Of a DNA stretch of 49,697 nt, positions 48,012-49,697 are shown one piece after another; the stretch's first letter is position 1, and each line of letters opens with the position of its first letter. The notes below the pieces were generated by a model that was not told where the DNA came from, did no database searches, and worked only from the letters and a program-made list of their open reading frames with translations. Both the position numbers and the translations under genes were made by a program. This DNA comes from Actinomycetes bacterium (GTDB lineage Bacteria; Actinomycetota; Actinomycetes; JAHEKZ01): assembly GCA_024644435.1 (NCBI GenBank), contig JAHEKZ010000008.1:14471-64167 (forward strand), read 5' to 3'.

Positions 48012-49244
48012 ATGCCGCGCCCCCGGGAGTCATTCACGAACGCCCAGGCGCGCCGCGTTGCGCTTGCGGCCCAAGGTTTCACCGACTCCTTACCGCGCGG
48101 CACCCCGGATCGTCGCACCTTGCGACGTGTTCTCGGGCGCACGGGGCTCTTCCAGATCGACTCGGTCAACGTGCTCGCGCGTGCGCACTATCTGCCGATG
48201 TTCAGTCGGATCGGTCCCTACCCGACCTCGCTCCTCGAGAAGGCGGCCTACCGTTCACCACGCATGCTCTTCGAGTACTGGGGACACGAAGCCAGCTTGC
48301 TGCCCGTCGCGCTGCAGCCTCTGCTCCGGTGGCGCATGGATGATGCCGAGAAGCACGCCTGGGGAGGCATGAGAGCGGTTGCGGCTGAACGGCCCAAGCT
48401 GCTTCCCGGGCTGCTGGCCGACATTGCGGCCGATGGCCCGCTCACGGCGGCCGAGCTCGCCGCTCGACACGATCGGGACCAACCCCGACGCACCGGTCCG
48501 TGGTGGGACTGGTCCGACGTCAAGAAGGCCCTGGAGTTCCTCTTCTGGGCCGGCGAGATCACCACTGCCGAGCGTCGTGGTTTCGAGCGTGCCTACGACG
48601 TTCCTGACCGGGTGCTGCCGGGCGAGGTCCTGGCGGCCGCCACCCCGGATCGCGCGGACGCACAGCGCGAGCTGCTCCGTCGATCCATTCGGTCGCTGGG
48701 CATCGCGACAGCCCGCGATCTGCGCGACTACTACCGGCTACCTGCGGCTGACTGCAGGGCGCGAATTCCTGAGCTGGTCGAGGCGGGCGATCTGCTGCCG
48801 GTCACGGTCGAGGGATGGAACAACCAGGCCTTCGTAGATCCCGGTGCCGCCTATCCGCGCCGCATCTCGCGGGCCGCCCTGCTGTCGCCCTTCGACCCGG
48901 TGGTCTGGGAGCGTGACCGTACCGAGCGGCTCTTCGGCTTCCGGTACCGGATCGAGATCTACGTCCCTGCGCCCAAGCGAGTGCACGGCTACTACGTCCT
49001 GCCGTTCCTCCTGAACGAGGCATTGGTGGCGCGGGTTGACCTCAAAGCCGATCGGCAGGGGGGTGTCCTGCTGGTCCAGAGTGCCTGGCGTGAGCCCGAT
49101 GCTCCCGCAGAGACCGCCGAGCGCCTGGCTGATGAGCTCGGTCGCATGGCGCAGTGGCTGGGGCTCGACGGCGTGATTGTGCGTCCTGCCGGTGATCTCG
49201 CCTTCGACCTCGGAGAGGCCATCACTGCACCGGTGGGTCAGTAG
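48012..49244 (+). CDS. YcaQ/AlkZ-family (HTH_42) crosslink-repair DNA glycosylase
   Basis: QIDSVNV (QxD motif), EYWGHEAS, LSPFDPVVW, FRYRIEIY-x-P-x-KR-x-HGYY and RVDLKADR. Confidence 0.92.
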   Translation: MPRPRESFTNAQARRVALAAQGFTDSLPRGTPDRRTLRRVLGRTGLFQIDSVNVLARAHYLPMFSRIGPYPTSLLEKAAYRSPRMLFEYWGHEASLLPVALQPLLRWRMDDAEKHAWGGMRAVAAERPKLLPGLLADIAADGPLTAAELAARHDRDQPRRTGPWWDWSDVKKALEFLFWAGEITTAERRGFERAYDVPDRVLPGEVLAAATPDRADAQRELLRRSIRSLGIATARDLRDYYRLPAADCRARIPELVEAGDLLPVTVEGWNNQAFVDPGAAYPRRISRAALLSPFDPVVWERDRTERLFGFRYRIEIYVPAPKRVHGYYVLPFLLNEALVARVDLKADRQGGVLLVQSAWREPDAPAETAERLADELGRMAQWLGLDGVIVRPAGDLAFDLGEAITAPVGQ

Positions 49245-49697
49245 CCAGACGAGCGTGCATGTGTAGGTCTCGGCGTACCCCGTCGCGCACGAAGACGCTT
49301 CGGACCGTCCCCTCTGCGAGGTATCCGCATCGTTCAGCCAACATGCACGATCGCATGTTCGGCGGTTCGTGACGGATCATTAGACGCGCTAGGCCGAGTG
49401 ACCCGAAGGCGTGGTACTCGACAGCCCCCACGGCGGCCGAAGCGATGCCGCGTCCGCGGTTCGCCGGGAGCAGCCAGTAGCCAACTTCTGCGATCCCCGC
49501 TGTTGTGTCGATGTCGGCGAGGCTCACTCGGCCCATGACCTCGTCCTTCCGCGTGATGGCCCAGTCGAGCCGGTCGGATGCGGTGCGACCCTCGATCCAC
49601 TGTGCTGCCCGCATCGGGGTCGTGCCCGAGCCGACGGTGGAGTATTGGGAGATATCCGGATCGTGGGCAGCCCGCAGCACCGCATCGATATCGAGAG
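49222..49697 (-). CDS. RimJ/RimL-type GNAT N-acetyltransferase (5'-truncated by the window)
   Basis: AEVGYW, RGRGIAS and N-x-S-x-LAERCGY-x-EG motifs; the frame is open to the window edge. Confidence 0.85.
   Translation of the reverse strand, partial: LDIDAVLRAAHDPDISQYSTVGSGTTPMRAAQWIEGRTASDRLDWAITRKDEVMGRVSLADIDTTAGIAEVGYWLLPANRGRGIASAAVGAVEYHAFGSLGLARLMIRHEPPNMRSCMLAERCGYLAEGTVRSVFVRDGVRRDLHMHARLATDPPVQ

Overview
This is a high-GC actinobacterial chromosomal segment with about 43 CDS; I saw no rRNA, tRNA, CRISPR array or IS transposase. The backbone follows the conserved actinomycete gene order: LCP - TIGR03089 - amidase - mannose-1-P guanylyltransferase - HhH-GPD glycosylase - fbiB/fbiA - whiB - GT2 - DUF5719 - DUF3499 - phosphomannomutase - Trm112 - SIS - CDF - ahcY - RDD/SpoIIM/DUF58/MoxR module - mtrAB-lpqB - comF - hpf - LuxR-type response regulator - YcaQ/AlkZ - GNAT. 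Apparent additions to that backbone are: (i) a SpoIID/LytB lytic transglycosylase next to the amidase, with both proteins ending in three copies of the same ~115-125 aa module; (ii) a DUF222-HNH gene with a PafBC-type (RecA-NDp) DNA-damage promoter; (iii) a block between fbiA and whiB carrying a methyltransferase, a two-component system, a small secreted protein and fbiC, with phased direct repeats in the divergent promoter; (iv) a small CxxC/CxxC protein; and (v) an F420-reductase-like gene plus a DUF2510-CPBP fusion. manA is absent from its usual position. About 11 start codons look leaderless. All family names come from recognising motifs by eye and from recalled synteny; no database search was run.
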